Shown here: in pieces, positions 47,163 through 57,070 of the stretch
Position numbering within the stretch: the stretch's first letter is position 1
Layout: the number at the start of each line of letters is the position of its first letter
Source of the DNA: a virus
Direction: 5' to 3' (one strand)
IMG/VR virus record: IMGVR_UViG_3300009503_000019
Coordinates: 32,001 to 96,000 of that record
DNA: 64,000 bases
Notes under the pieces: generated by a model
Database searches by the model: none
Seen by the model: only the letters and a program-made list of their open reading frames with translations
What the model was told of the DNA's origin: nothing
Position numbers and translations under genes: made by a program

Positions 47163-48038
47163 TTATGTCCTCCTATACGGGCATCCATGTGTATTTATAA
47201 TATTTATTCCTTTTCTCATATAATATTTTATTGGTTTATCTTCTAAAATATTGCCTAGAGATTTTCTTAAGAAAGAACATGGATAAACATTACCAATAGC
47301 ATCTATTGTAAGAAATCTCTTTGTACCATAACATTTATTACATGTAAATCCATCTACAGCTATTTTTTGGTATTTATGCATAAAAATATCTTTTGCAATT
47401 CTATATACTTCTTCTGGAAAAATCATTTTTTCATAATATTCTTTATTTACAGGTTTCAATGTTAACAGTAATAATGTTGCATCATATATTCTTGCAATTT
47501 CAACAATAGTATTCAAAAAAGGTATTGTATCCTTTTTGACAATAAAATTTATTGCTGCATCTATATTTTTTTCATTTAAAAATTTTAAAGATTTTACCAA
47601 ATTTTCTATTCCTGTATGGAAGGATACACTTATTCTGTCAAACATATTTAATTTATTTCCAAATTTTTGTAATTTCAATCCATTTGTAGTCATACTTACT
47701 AGCATATTTTTTGATTTCGCATATTTAGCAAGTTCTATTATATCTTTACGAAATAATGGTTCTCCCCCTCCGAATGTTATTTGCCATACATTTTCTGCGG
47801 CTAGTTTACTGATAACTTTCTTCCATTTTTCAGTCGATAATTCATTTCCATTTTTTTCCATATAACATTCTTTACAATTTAATTGACATTTGTTAGATAC
47901 TTCTAAATGAACGAATTCAGGTGACGGCCATGTTTTTGGAATCTTTAGTCCTAATTTTTTTGTTTCTTTTCGGTTTAGTCTTATTATTACATAATCTCTT
48001 CTGAGTACTAATCCTTCCGGCGTTAATTTTATTTGCAT
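47163..48038 (-). CDS. Radical SAM protein with Twitch/SPASM-like C-terminus
   Basis: CQLNCKECY, GGGEP, TTNG, C...GNVYPCSFL; AGAGGAG RBS before ATG 48038. Confidence 0.85.
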   Translation of the reverse strand: MQIKLTPEGLVLRRDYVIIRLNRKETKKLGLKIPKTWPSPEFVHLEVSNKCQLNCKECYMEKNGNELSTEKWKKVISKLAAENVWQITFGGGEPLFRKDIIELAKYAKSKNMLVSMTTNGLKLQKFGNKLNMFDRISVSFHTGIENLVKSLKFLNEKNIDAAINFIVKKDTIPFLNTIVEIARIYDATLLLLTLKPVNKEYYEKMIFPEEVYRIAKDIFMHKYQKIAVDGFTCNKCYGTKRFLTIDAIGNVYPCSFLRKSLGNILEDKPIKYYMRKGINIINTHGCPYRRT

Positions 48039-48537
48039 TTTCTCTCCTCTTAAGTATTTCAAATAATAATCCAGAATTATACCATATAGTTTCATCATGA
48101 AATAATTTTTCTGGAATTGGAATAACGTTTTCATCTAAAAGAGAAACTGAATATATTGCATCCTCTTCGTCGAGAAAAATACGCCAATCATTTATTACCC
48201 AAAATGCAAGTTTAATTAATTTTTCATTATCTCCTTTTTTAATTTTAAAAATTTTTCTTATATTTTCAAGCATTTCAGGATATTTTTTCAGATAATAAGC
48301 AAAATTTATAGTATTGCAAAAATCTTCATAATGAAAACCTCCTCCACCAAAATCTTCGCATAAATATAAATCATTCACTATTTGTTTCATCTCTTCTGGA
48401 TCTAATTTGAATAAATCTACGATAAAATCAGTTGCACAACCTGCTTCATCCATATAATCATGAATAGCAAAATATTCTCCATATAAGTATAAAGCAATTT
48501 CGGAACAATTTATCTGTAATGCATTCTCTATTTTCAT
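47917..48537 (-). CDS. Hypothetical protein
   Basis: GGAGAAGG RBS; C-terminus overlaps the radical SAM start by about 120 nt. Confidence 0.5.
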   Translation of the reverse strand: MKIENALQINCSEIALYLYGEYFAIHDYMDEAGCATDFIVDLFKLDPEEMKQIVNDLYLCEDFGGGGFHYEDFCNTINFAYYLKKYPEMLENIRKIFKIKKGDNEKLIKLAFWVINDWRIFLDEEDAIYSVSLLDENVIPIPEKLFHDETIWYNSGLLFEILKRRENANKINAGRISTQKRLCNNKTKPKRNKKIRTKDSKNMAVT

Positions 48538-48812
48538 TTCTTCCTTCTCCTTTGTTTCTTTTTTTTTCCTCCAATTATTAACAATTCATCATAAACCATA
48601 TATTTTCCTAATACAGATGCTATACTTTTAGATTTAATATTTTTTTTATATTTTATTTGAATAAGTCTTATTTCTTTTAATAAAGGATGAATAGCAATAA
48701 GATCCCATTTGCCATGAGAACCAGATGCTCTTATAACAATATATCCTTCTTTTTCAAGTTTCTTTTTGATTAAATACTCGTATCTTCTTCCTTTTAAATA
48801 TCTACTTTTCAT
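48534..48812 (-). CDS. Hjc-like Holliday junction resolvase (PD-(D/E)xK)
   Basis: KGRRYE...LEKEGYIVIRASGSHGKWDLIA...LIQIK. Confidence 0.75.
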   Translation of the reverse strand: MKSRYLKGRRYEYLIKKKLEKEGYIVIRASGSHGKWDLIAIHPLLKEIRLIQIKYKKNIKSKSIASVLGKYMVYDELLIIGGKKKKQRRRKK

Positions 48813-48813
48813 T

Positions 48814-49296
48814 TCATTGCAAATTACTTTTATCTACTTTTTCTTCTAACATGTTAGAAAGAAATGAGAATTTTCCTGCAGATTTATCGCATTGTGTTCT
48901 TTGTTCCCTAATGATTTCTCTTTTTTCAGGATCCAAAATCATCATACAAGAGTATGATTGGACTTGTCCTGAATTGTCAATAAATTCTAATGTTACATAT
49001 GCACCATCGTCATAGAATTCCCATTCTCCTTTTTTATCATTGAAAATACGAATTCGGGCTTCACCCACCATAATAATTAACTCTGGAATATGTTTATTTA
49101 CATATTGTTGTAATGCCATTGCACCTAATTCCTTTGTTTCTTCATTTTGCATAATTTCACGGGTAGAAACTATTTTTAATTCCCCATTTTTTAACATAAA
49201 TAGTACAGGTTCAAGATATCCATCTCTTTTGTATAAAGATTTAGCTTGTTCAATAACTGTATCGAATAATTCAAGTGCTTTCTGTTCTTCCATCAT
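48814..49296 (-). CDS. Hypothetical protein
   Basis: GGAGG RBS, 160 aa. Confidence 0.55.
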   Translation of the reverse strand: MMEEQKALELFDTVIEQAKSLYKRDGYLEPVLFMLKNGELKIVSTREIMQNEETKELGAMALQQYVNKHIPELIIMVGEARIRIFNDKKGEWEFYDDGAYVTLEFIDNSGQVQSYSCMMILDPEKREIIREQRTQCDKSAGKFSFLSNMLEEKVDKSNLQ

Positions 49297-49547
49297 TCTT
49301 CCTCCTTTTTATTTCTTCTTCTTATGTTTTTTAATGTTAATTCAATTGTATGCTTCACATCTTCAGTTAGATATTTATCACGTAATTCATTATAATGTTT
49401 CATAATACTAAGAATTTTTTCTTTGCTTAATCCACTAATCTTGGAAACGAATACAATATCAAACATATTAGTTATTCCCGACTGTCTAATTGTTTCGTAT
49501 GCGATAAAATCTGACTTTGATATTTCATTGATATCAAGTTCCTTCAT
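49293..49547 (-). CDS. DUF5049-like small protein
   Basis: IRQSGITNMFD motif; AGGAGG RBS before ATG 49547. Confidence 0.55.
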   Translation of the reverse strand: MKELDINEISKSDFIAYETIRQSGITNMFDIVFVSKISGLSKEKILSIMKHYNELRDKYLTEDVKHTIELTLKNIRRRNKKEEE

Positions 49548-50550
49548 TTTTTTCCTCCTTATCTTTATCCAATGAAAAATCACAAAATTTATTTCCTTCC
49601 TTTTCCGCAATCTCTTCCAGTTGAGACAAAAATAATTTTTTCCCTTTATACAAATATCTTCCCCTTTCTGCTTCTTCAATATAACCTTTTCTGATAAAAT
49701 GGCTTATTCTGTCAAAAGCGACAGAAAATCCTTTTCCATAGATTATTTTTTCATAGATTGTTTGTAAAGGAATATTTATTTTATTTTTAATAGTTTGAAT
49801 TTTTACAATTTGATGATCCTCTTTTCTTTCTTCAATTTCTAATTGAAGTGAGATGAAACACCAATGTCTTAGAGCATGTCCTCCAGTAGGAATAGTCGTT
49901 GGGATCATCCCTCTTATGAAAGCACTACGAACTTGATTAACGATTATAAGAGGAACTTTATATTCGTCTAATATTCCAATAGTCATCCGTAGCTCGGGAC
50001 CAAGTTTTCTTGCAAATTCCCCTATTTGCTGGGATAATTCAACATCTCTAATATTTTGCTGAAATTGTGCATCTGGAATTAATGATGATATTGAATCAAT
50101 TATAACAATATCTGCAATTTTTTGTTTAACTGCAGCTCTAATTTTAGAAAATACTTTTGAAATTTGTAATTCTTTTAAAATTTTTAATTTCTTTTTGGAA
50201 ATATCTATTCCTATATCTATTACTGCTTGCTTGGTTAATGATTTTTCTGCATCTACGACCATAACAGTTTTATTAAGGTCATTTATCCAGTGTTTGGACC
50301 ATGATAACCATAATGTAGATTTGCCTGCAGATTCTTCTCCCAACATTTCAATTATTTTACCAACAGGAATTCCTCCACCTAATACGTCATCTATTCCGAT
50401 ATAACCCGTAGGGATTGTTTCCAACTCAGTTAACGCGGATAAATCTACAAGGTTTTCAATCTGTTCTTCTTGCTCTGCTGTTGCTAATACATTTGTTTGT
50501 TCTTGATATGTCGTTTCTGCTTTAGGTATTTTCCTTTTTCTGCCTCTCAT
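49534..50550 (-). CDS. recA: RecA/UvsX-like recombinase
   Basis: TGYIGIDDVLGGGIPVGKI, GEESAGKST, IIDSI, NQVR, GGHALRH, KNK. Confidence 0.9.
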   Translation of the reverse strand: MRGRKRKIPKAETTYQEQTNVLATAEQEEQIENLVDLSALTELETIPTGYIGIDDVLGGGIPVGKIIEMLGEESAGKSTLWLSWSKHWINDLNKTVMVVDAEKSLTKQAVIDIGIDISKKKLKILKELQISKVFSKIRAAVKQKIADIVIIDSISSLIPDAQFQQNIRDVELSQQIGEFARKLGPELRMTIGILDEYKVPLIIVNQVRSAFIRGMIPTTIPTGGHALRHWCFISLQLEIEERKEDHQIVKIQTIKNKINIPLQTIYEKIIYGKGFSVAFDRISHFIRKGYIEEAERGRYLYKGKKLFLSQLEEIAEKEGNKFCDFSLDKDKEEKNEGT

Positions 50551-50788
50551 TGTTTCCTCCTATTATTTTTTTACTCAATTCTTTTATACCCTGCCAGCAT
50601 TCTTTACACAACCATATTCGCATCAAAGAACTTCTCTTATAAAGAACATACCAAATGAAAGTTGCCACTTCTCCACAAATAGAACATTCCATCTCCTTTT
50701 TTGTTTCAGGATCATATTCTATTATATATTCTTGAATTCTAAATTTTTCATCTTCTTTTCCTATCATTCTTCTGTAAATAATTTTCAT
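50522..50788 (-). CDS. Small Zn-finger protein
   Basis: CSIC...CKEC. Confidence 0.55.
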   Translation of the reverse strand: MKIIYRRMIGKEDEKFRIQEYIIEYDPETKKEMECSICGEVATFIWYVLYKRSSLMRIWLCKECWQGIKELSKKIIGGNNERQKKENT

Positions 50789-50789
50789 T

Positions 50790-51125
50790 TCAGTCCTCCT
50801 TCAATAATTTTAAAAACTTGCCATGTCCTTCTTTAAAAATAAATGGTGCAATTTGACAAGCACCAGTATCACAATATCCACAGAACCCATGAGAATAACA
50901 AAATTGTTCTTCAGATATTTCAACTCCGCAACAAAGACAATAGAATTTTCCAGTATTTTTTATCCAGACATCACATATCTTTTCTTCAGGATCAGTTCCA
51001 CCACCAGCTGTATGATAACCCATTTTTGTTAAAACTTTTTCTATTTTTTCATATCTATCTTCAGGAGATAACAAAGGAAATGTCAAAATTATAAATTTTT
51101 TATCTTTTGTAAATTCTATTTTCAT
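50790..51125 (-). CDS. Small Zn-finger protein
   Basis: CLCCG...CGYCDTGAC. Confidence 0.55.
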   Translation of the reverse strand: MKIEFTKDKKFIILTFPLLSPEDRYEKIEKVLTKMGYHTAGGGTDPEEKICDVWIKNTGKFYCLCCGVEISEEQFCYSHGFCGYCDTGACQIAPFIFKEGHGKFLKLLKED

Positions 51126-51143
51126 TCTATAGTCCTTTCATTG

Positions 51144-51228
51144 TGCCCGAGGCCGGACTTGAACCGACACGGGAGGCATCTCCCAGAGGATTTTAAGTCC
51201 TCTGTGTCTTCCATTCCACCACTCGGGC
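51144..51228 (-). tRNA. trnL: tRNA-Leu(UAA), CCA not encoded
   Basis: Acceptor GCCCGAG/CTCGGGC, anticodon arm GAGGA-CTTAAAA-TCCTC, long variable arm, GTTCAAGTCC T-loop. Confidence 0.92.
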
Positions 51229-51235
51229 ATCTTAT

Positions 51236-51628
51236 TTATTCTTTTAATTTTTTTATTTCCTTTTCAATAATTTTATATTGTTCTAGAAGTTTTTTACCTG
51301 AAGTTGCTATATTAAGTTCAAAGAGTTTACAAGAATCAGGATCATTCACATTAATACATGAATAAATTCGCATAAAGCAATTGTCTGAATAATTTTCACA
51401 GCATATTGTCCATGTTGAATAACTTTCAGTACCGCTAGTATCACCTAATATAGCACATGAATGATTTGCATATTTATTGTCCTGCAAGAAGCCAAGATTA
51501 CTAATCAGTAAGTTATATTTTAAATCAGCAAAGAAATCAAATATTACAATCAATAATATTATTGAAACTACAATAAGTGCAATTTGTATTAGTCTGTATT
51601 TTCTTTTACTTACGGTTATTTCTTTCAT
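51236..51628 (-). CDS. Membrane-anchored protein with Cys-rich external domain
   Basis: N-terminal TM; six Cys in the following domain. Confidence 0.55.
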   Translation of the reverse strand: MKEITVSKRKYRLIQIALIVVSIILLIVIFDFFADLKYNLLISNLGFLQDNKYANHSCAILGDTSGTESYSTWTICCENYSDNCFMRIYSCINVNDPDSCKLFELNIATSGKKLLEQYKIIEKEIKKLKE

Positions 51629-51655
51629 ATTTTTCCTCCTTTTTTATTTTTTTCC

Positions 51656-51865
51656 TTAGTAACAATTTGTTGTGCAAATAGTTCCGTAACAACATGTCTG
51701 ACAGGTTGTGCATCCGTAAATGTCGCAGCATCTTTCGTAGCAACAATCCCCTGAACACCAGCTGGTACAGGTCATATCGCCGTAATATACCTGGGAATTG
51801 TCTTTTGCAAATGAGAATAAACTGATTGCAATTGCTAAGAAAATTATTTTTGCTAGCTTCTTCAT
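51656..51865 (-). CDS. Secreted 12-Cys mini-protein
   Basis: GGAGG RBS, Sec-type signal MKKLAKIIFLAIAISLFSFA, 12 Cys in the last 37 aa. Confidence 0.65.
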   Translation of the reverse strand: MKKLAKIIFLAIAISLFSFAKDNSQVYYGDMTCTSWCSGDCCYERCCDIYGCTTCQTCCYGTICTTNCY

Positions 51866-51867
51866 AT

Positions 51868-52086
51868 TTATTTACCTCCTTCATTATTATTTTCATAATC
51901 TTTAGAATTTTCTTTCATAGATGATGCAACTGCCATACCAAACATTGCTAAAGGGAGATAAGATTTTAATGAACCCATCTCCCTATTTGTATTTTTGATA
52001 ATTTGTTCCTCTTTCATATCTTTTTTATGATTCAAATTAGAACTAATTTTTTTGATTCCTTTAGTATACTTTTTATATTTAGACAT
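51868..52086 (-). CDS. Small hypothetical protein
   Basis: GGAGG RBS, coupled ORF. Confidence 0.45.
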   Translation of the reverse strand: MSKYKKYTKGIKKISSNLNHKKDMKEEQIIKNTNREMGSLKSYLPLAMFGMAVASSMKENSKDYENNNEGGK

Positions 52087-53635
52087 TAGACCCTCCTTTC
52101 ATTAATTTCGTATAATAGCCATACAATTTTTTTATCACATTCTGTCTTTCTTTCAAGAATTTTAATATTACTTCCTCAATAGTGTCTTCACATACTAAAT
52201 CGTAATAATACACATCTGTTTTGGTTCCATATCTATAAATTCTATCTTCCGACTGAATCCTTGCTTCTACAGAGAATGAATTAGAATAATAAATAACATT
52301 GTTTATCTTCTGTAAATTCAATCCGAACTTCCCAATTCCTAATGGAATAATCAGATGCTTCTTTTCTGCTAAGGCTTGCTGTATTTTTTCATCCCTCTTT
52401 TTAGGACTATCTTCTGAAGCAACTCTTATAGAATTTTTAACGATATTAGAAATTATTTTTCCCTCATATACATAATTATGCCATATTAGAAATTGTTGAT
52501 CGGGTTTAGATTTTAATATCTTTATCAATTCCTGTTCTTTGGGACTATGAAAGTATTCTACTCCATCTTTTTTGTACTTGAATCCGGAGCATATACAGGA
52601 TAATGTAGTAGTCCACATTGTGATATCTTCTTTTGTGAATTCTTTTCTCTGTTTAATCTTTTCAATTAATTCATCATAATGTTTTTGTTGAATTTCATTT
52701 AGCTTAACGGGAATTTCAATATATTTCTTTTCAAATTTCATATCAAAGCATTTCTCTTTTTCTATAGAGATAATATAAGGTTTTAGAATATTCATTATTT
52801 CTTTTCTTGCAAATGATTTATCAATATATTTATAGACAACAAATGATCTAATTTTTTTTAATTCTTTTTTGAATGTATATCTTTCTCTAAAATGGTCATA
52901 ATTCCATCCTAATGCGTCAGTGACCATCAGCGCTTGAGGAAATATGTCGCATACAGACTGTGTTACTAATGTTCCGGTTAACAATACAAGATAATCAACA
53001 TATTTCCTCAATTTTACAATTTTTCTTGTTCTTTTTGTTAAATAATTTTTTATCTTTGTAGATTCATCCAGAACAATCATTTGTACAGGGGGAATATTAT
53101 TAATTATTTCATAATTCGCCAGAATCACATCTCCTTTATCATCAGGATAGAATGATATTTTTAAATCGGAATTTTTTCTTATCTCCCATTGCCACTGTTT
53201 CAATAAAGTTTTAGGAACTATTATCAAAGCTTTGAGTATTTCTCCAGATTCTATTAAATAAGAAATTGCATCTATCGTTGCTTTAGTTTTACCAATTCCC
53301 CGATCTCCTAAAACAATAATCTTTTTCAATTTTATAATTGCTGATGTAATTATCTTTTGATGATTGAATGGTCTTATTTTTGTTTTATATTCAATTAATT
53401 CTTTATTTTGAAATAGATTTTCAATGATTTTTATTCTTTCTTGTTCAATTTCAATCTGTCTTTCTAAATCGGGTGGATACAAGGGAAGATTTAGTTTTAA
53501 TGCTATCTCTTTGTATATTCGCCAATGATTTGGAAATAAATATTTATTTTTATAAAAAAATCCACCATAACAATTTTTTATTCGTTCGTCTTCTTGAAAA
53601 ATTAATGCTTTACTTGTTTTATTCATCGAGATCAT
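52079..53635 (-). CDS. SNF2-family helicase
   Basis: GDRGIGKT, LDEST, LTGT, GLNLQ, QSEDRIYRYG. Confidence 0.9.
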   Translation of the reverse strand: MISMNKTSKALIFQEDERIKNCYGGFFYKNKYLFPNHWRIYKEIALKLNLPLYPPDLERQIEIEQERIKIIENLFQNKELIEYKTKIRPFNHQKIITSAIIKLKKIIVLGDRGIGKTKATIDAISYLIESGEILKALIIVPKTLLKQWQWEIRKNSDLKISFYPDDKGDVILANYEIINNIPPVQMIVLDESTKIKNYLTKRTRKIVKLRKYVDYLVLLTGTLVTQSVCDIFPQALMVTDALGWNYDHFRERYTFKKELKKIRSFVVYKYIDKSFARKEIMNILKPYIISIEKEKCFDMKFEKKYIEIPVKLNEIQQKHYDELIEKIKQRKEFTKEDITMWTTTLSCICSGFKYKKDGVEYFHSPKEQELIKILKSKPDQQFLIWHNYVYEGKIISNIVKNSIRVASEDSPKKRDEKIQQALAEKKHLIIPLGIGKFGLNLQKINNVIYYSNSFSVEARIQSEDRIYRYGTKTDVYYYDLVCEDTIEEVILKFLKERQNVIKKLYGYYTKLMKGGSNV

Positions 53636-54407
53636 CTATATCCTCTATATCTTCTTCATTGATTTCATCTTCACTAATATCTTCTTTTTCTTTTGAGGAT
53701 TTTTTCTTCGGGAAAGGCTCATCTTCCTCTTCCACTTCTTCTGATTCTGTTTCTTTATCTTCAATACTCTCTTCAGCTTCAGCTTCTTCTTCCTCAATTT
53801 CTTCTTCAAAAGATTTTTCTTTAACAGATTTATTTTTTGGTTCTTCTATTCCCAAAAGCAATTTTAATTCTTCTAACATTTCAGCAGCATCAGCATAAAT
53901 TTGCTGAGGAGGAATTTTTTCGGATTCTTTCGATTTTATATTGTATATAATTTTTCGCGGATTATCTTTGCTGCGTCTTGATTCAATAACGATAATGTAT
54001 TTATCTATTTTTTCTAAATCTACTTGTTTTTCTATTTCTTCCAGCAAATCTGGAGAAATAGGAACTACTGCAAGTGGATAGTCTTGTCTTTTCAAATCTC
54101 TAGCAACTGCGAAATATTTAGCAATTGGTTTGTTGACCCTACAAGATATACATATTTTATCTTCTCTTAAGGTAGTAGTTTTTGAATCAAATTTTCCACA
54201 TACAACAAATGGACAGCTGATTGATTGATTCTTCCCAAATCCTACCCAATGAACCATAGCAAATATAGGGTCGCTGACAATCCTTATTTTAATTTGAGTC
54301 GGAGATACCGCATTGGCTTTTACTCCAGGAAATATAAATGGAATTTGTGTTTTAGGACGCACTTGCTTTTTTGTTGGTTGTTTTGGTAAGTTTTTCCATC
54401 CTTTCAT
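53619..54407 (-). CDS. Probable single-stranded DNA-binding protein (gp32-like)
   Basis: Zn-binding H/C motif, OB-like core, long acidic C-terminal tail, in the replication operon. Confidence 0.6.
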   Translation of the reverse strand: MKGWKNLPKQPTKKQVRPKTQIPFIFPGVKANAVSPTQIKIRIVSDPIFAMVHWVGFGKNQSISCPFVVCGKFDSKTTTLREDKICISCRVNKPIAKYFAVARDLKRQDYPLAVVPISPDLLEEIEKQVDLEKIDKYIIVIESRRSKDNPRKIIYNIKSKESEKIPPQQIYADAAEMLEELKLLLGIEEPKNKSVKEKSFEEEIEEEEAEAEESIEDKETESEEVEEEDEPFPKKKSSKEKEDISEDEINEEDIEDIDDLDE

Positions 54408-54709
54408 GATAACCTCCTTCTAAAATTATTTTCTAATTCTATAATTGTTAAAATACGAGATTGGGTATCAAACATATAACTTAAGTTTTTCAATAATATA
54501 TTTAATTTCGACTTAAATTCTTTATTTGTTGTAAGTGCATATTGATAACTTACATATGTTCTTAATGCTTGTATATTTTTAAATACTTCTTTCATCTGAT
54601 TTAAATCTGTGGTTTCAATTTTTATTTCTTTCATTTTAATAATTATTTTTTTCAATATTTCTTCATTATTACCAGTTTCAATTTTTGATTTTTCATTTAC
54701 GATTTTCAT
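54404..54709 (-). CDS. Hypothetical helical protein
   Basis: Coupled ORF. Confidence 0.5.
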   Translation of the reverse strand: MKIVNEKSKIETGNNEEILKKIIIKMKEIKIETTDLNQMKEVFKNIQALRTYVSYQYALTTNKEFKSKLNILLKNLSYMFDTQSRILTIIELENNFRRRLS

Positions 54710-54712
54710 GCT

Positions 54713-57070
54713 TCACTCTCCTATTTTTATTTCATCTATTTTTTTCAATTTATCTAAAGAATACCCTATTGAACAATCGATAACAAATGGAAGGGTCAAT
54801 TCAATTTTATATATTTCTTTTAACATATTTTTTATTTTTTCAGTTTCAGATTTTAAGATTTCTATCGTTTGCTTTACTGAATTTTCTGGTATTTCGAAAA
54901 GAAATCCATCATGTACTGCCATACAAAAGTATCCTTTTATTTTTGGGCGTAATTTAGAAATAATGAATAAAGCTAAATCTGATGCAGTAGATTGTACCAT
55001 ATAATTGAATGCATATCTTGTCATTTCTGATAAAGATGAAGGGGAATATTTAAGAATATCCATTTTTCTTGTTCTTCCAAATGGATTTTTCACCATGTTT
55101 TTGGTGTTTATTTCATTAACTATTTCCCTTTTCCATGCTACAATATAAGAAAACATAGAACGGAATTTATCATAAAATTTAGTTGCAGTGTTTTCTGATA
55201 CTTTCAATCTATTTGCTAATGACTTAATTCCCATACCATACATCAATCCAAATACAATAGTTTTAGCTTTTTTTCTTTCTTCTTTAGAAACTTCTTCATA
55301 TTTCTTTTTCCATACTGTAGCCGCTGCCCATGTATGAACATCTATATTATTTTTGATTAAATCAATCATTTTTTTATCATTAGCTAATAATGCATATGTT
55401 CTAACTTCAATTTGTGAAAAGTCTAAATTCATAAAAATATGTCCCTCTCTCGGAACGATATATGGATATATTGCTGGAGGTAAATTTTGCATATTTGGAT
55501 TAGATGAACTGATTCTACCAGATACTGTCCCATAAATATAATATTCTCCATGTATGCGATCATGATTATTACCATTTAATCGTTCTAAAAAAGGATTAAC
55601 ATATGTTGATAAAATTTTAAATAATTTTCTATAATTTGATACTAATTTCAAGAATGGAATTTTAGATTTTATATTCTCAACCGTTTCCTCATTCATACTG
55701 GAAATATCAAGATTATATTTGGATAATATAGGTGAGTAGTATTTTGTTAAAAAATCTTTCAATTGGATATGAGAATTTATGTTAAATTCTGGTATCTCTG
55801 GTATTTTCTTCTTATATTTTGACTTTTCCTTTTCAAATAAATAATTTCTATATGCTTGCACTTTGGGCAATGAATTTATTTTTTCTAATATTTTTTTAAT
55901 CTTATTTTCTAATTTTTGTTTGAATATTTTTAATCTTTCATAATCAATTTTAATACCAGTTTGTTCTAATTCCGGAATTAGAGAAACTGCCCATTTATTT
56001 GAAATATATTTATATAAATTAATCTTATTTTCTTTTTTAGCAAGAAGATAATATTTTTTAAATAGACTTAATGTATAAAAAGCGTCTAAAGCACAATACT
56101 TTATTTTAGTCTCGTCAATTTCAGGAATAGTTTTCAAGCTATCGTCTATGTCCCATTTTTCAATGTTATTATCAATTGCAATAGATTTTAATGAATAAGA
56201 ATCTCTACCTTCTTCAATTAAATGAACTAATGGAAGTAAATCATATATAGGTCCTGACACATTTATGTATTTCTTTAAAAATGGGACATCATATTTGGCA
56301 TTGAAACAAATTTTTTTGAGTTTTGAATTGAATATTGGTTCCAATTCTTTAATGTCTATATAATTGAGATTGAAAAAATATGCAATTTTTGCTTTATTTG
56401 CTGGAACTATGCTCAATGCATAAATTTTATCTCTTTGTATATCTAATCCCGTTGCTTCTATATCAAAAGAAAACATTTTATGTAATAAAATTTGCTTAAT
56501 AGCTTCAGGAACTCCTTGTGGGGAAACATTTACTATTTGTAATCCTTCCTCTGGAGATTCTTTTTTTTCATATAAAAATCGTTCCAAATCTTTAATAAAA
56601 ATAGTTATTAATTCTGGATTTCTCAATATTTCTGCAGGATGATATGTAAAATATATTTTAGCATTGAATTTGTTTTCGGTTTCTAATCTCAATTTTTCTA
56701 TTTTCTTTGGTTTTTTTAAAATGAATTTCGCTGCAGTTGCTCCTAAATAAATTATTTTTTCAGGCTTAATTGTTTTTATTTCTTCTAATAGAATAGAAGA
56801 ACAACACTCTATTTCTTTTGGTTTAGGAGTTCTATTTTTAGGCGGTCTACATTTTATCACATTAGTAATATACATTAAATCTTGTGATATTTTAAAGGAT
56901 CCAAGAACTTGTCTTAAAAGTGTTCCAGATTTTCCCACAAATGGTTTCAATTGAATTTCTTCAGACGCTCCGGGTGCTTCACCTATTATCATAATCTTTG
57001 CATTAGATGGTCCTTCGCCAGGAACTATTCTTTGAGATAATCCACAAGGATTCTTACATTCTATTTTCAT
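54713..57070 (-). CDS. polA: Family A DNA polymerase with N-terminal family-4 uracil-DNA glycosylase domain
   Basis: UDG: GEAPG, PFVGKSG, NVIKCRPPKNR, TYHPA. Exonuclease: FDIEATG, FNAKYD, YCALD. Polymerase: DFSQIEVR, RKKAKTIVFGLMYG, VHD. Confidence 0.95.
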   Translation of the reverse strand: MKIECKNPCGLSQRIVPGEGPSNAKIMIIGEAPGASEEIQLKPFVGKSGTLLRQVLGSFKISQDLMYITNVIKCRPPKNRTPKPKEIECCSSILLEEIKTIKPEKIIYLGATAAKFILKKPKKIEKLRLETENKFNAKIYFTYHPAEILRNPELITIFIKDLERFLYEKKESPEEGLQIVNVSPQGVPEAIKQILLHKMFSFDIEATGLDIQRDKIYALSIVPANKAKIAYFFNLNYIDIKELEPIFNSKLKKICFNAKYDVPFLKKYINVSGPIYDLLPLVHLIEEGRDSYSLKSIAIDNNIEKWDIDDSLKTIPEIDETKIKYCALDAFYTLSLFKKYYLLAKKENKINLYKYISNKWAVSLIPELEQTGIKIDYERLKIFKQKLENKIKKILEKINSLPKVQAYRNYLFEKEKSKYKKKIPEIPEFNINSHIQLKDFLTKYYSPILSKYNLDISSMNEETVENIKSKIPFLKLVSNYRKLFKILSTYVNPFLERLNGNNHDRIHGEYYIYGTVSGRISSSNPNMQNLPPAIYPYIVPREGHIFMNLDFSQIEVRTYALLANDKKMIDLIKNNIDVHTWAAATVWKKKYEEVSKEERKKAKTIVFGLMYGMGIKSLANRLKVSENTATKFYDKFRSMFSYIVAWKREIVNEINTKNMVKNPFGRTRKMDILKYSPSSLSEMTRYAFNYMVQSTASDLALFIISKLRPKIKGYFCMAVHDGFLFEIPENSVKQTIEILKSETEKIKNMLKEIYKIELTLPFVIDCSIGYSLDKLKKIDEIKIGE

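Noticed and set aside
47917-48134. Long overlap between ORF 47917-48537 and the radical SAM gene as programmed recoding
   Set aside because: The radical SAM has its own RBS/ATG at 48038; the overlap is more simply a lost stop or a 1-nt indel, and no slippery site or stimulator is evident.
51141-51365. 74-aa plus-strand ORF
   Set aside because: It is the antisense reading of the tRNA-Leu gene.
53619-53830. Low-complexity GAA/GAT-rich stretch as a tandem repeat
   Set aside because: Explained by the acidic tail of the SSB-like protein; the same applies to the Glu run in ORF 25395.
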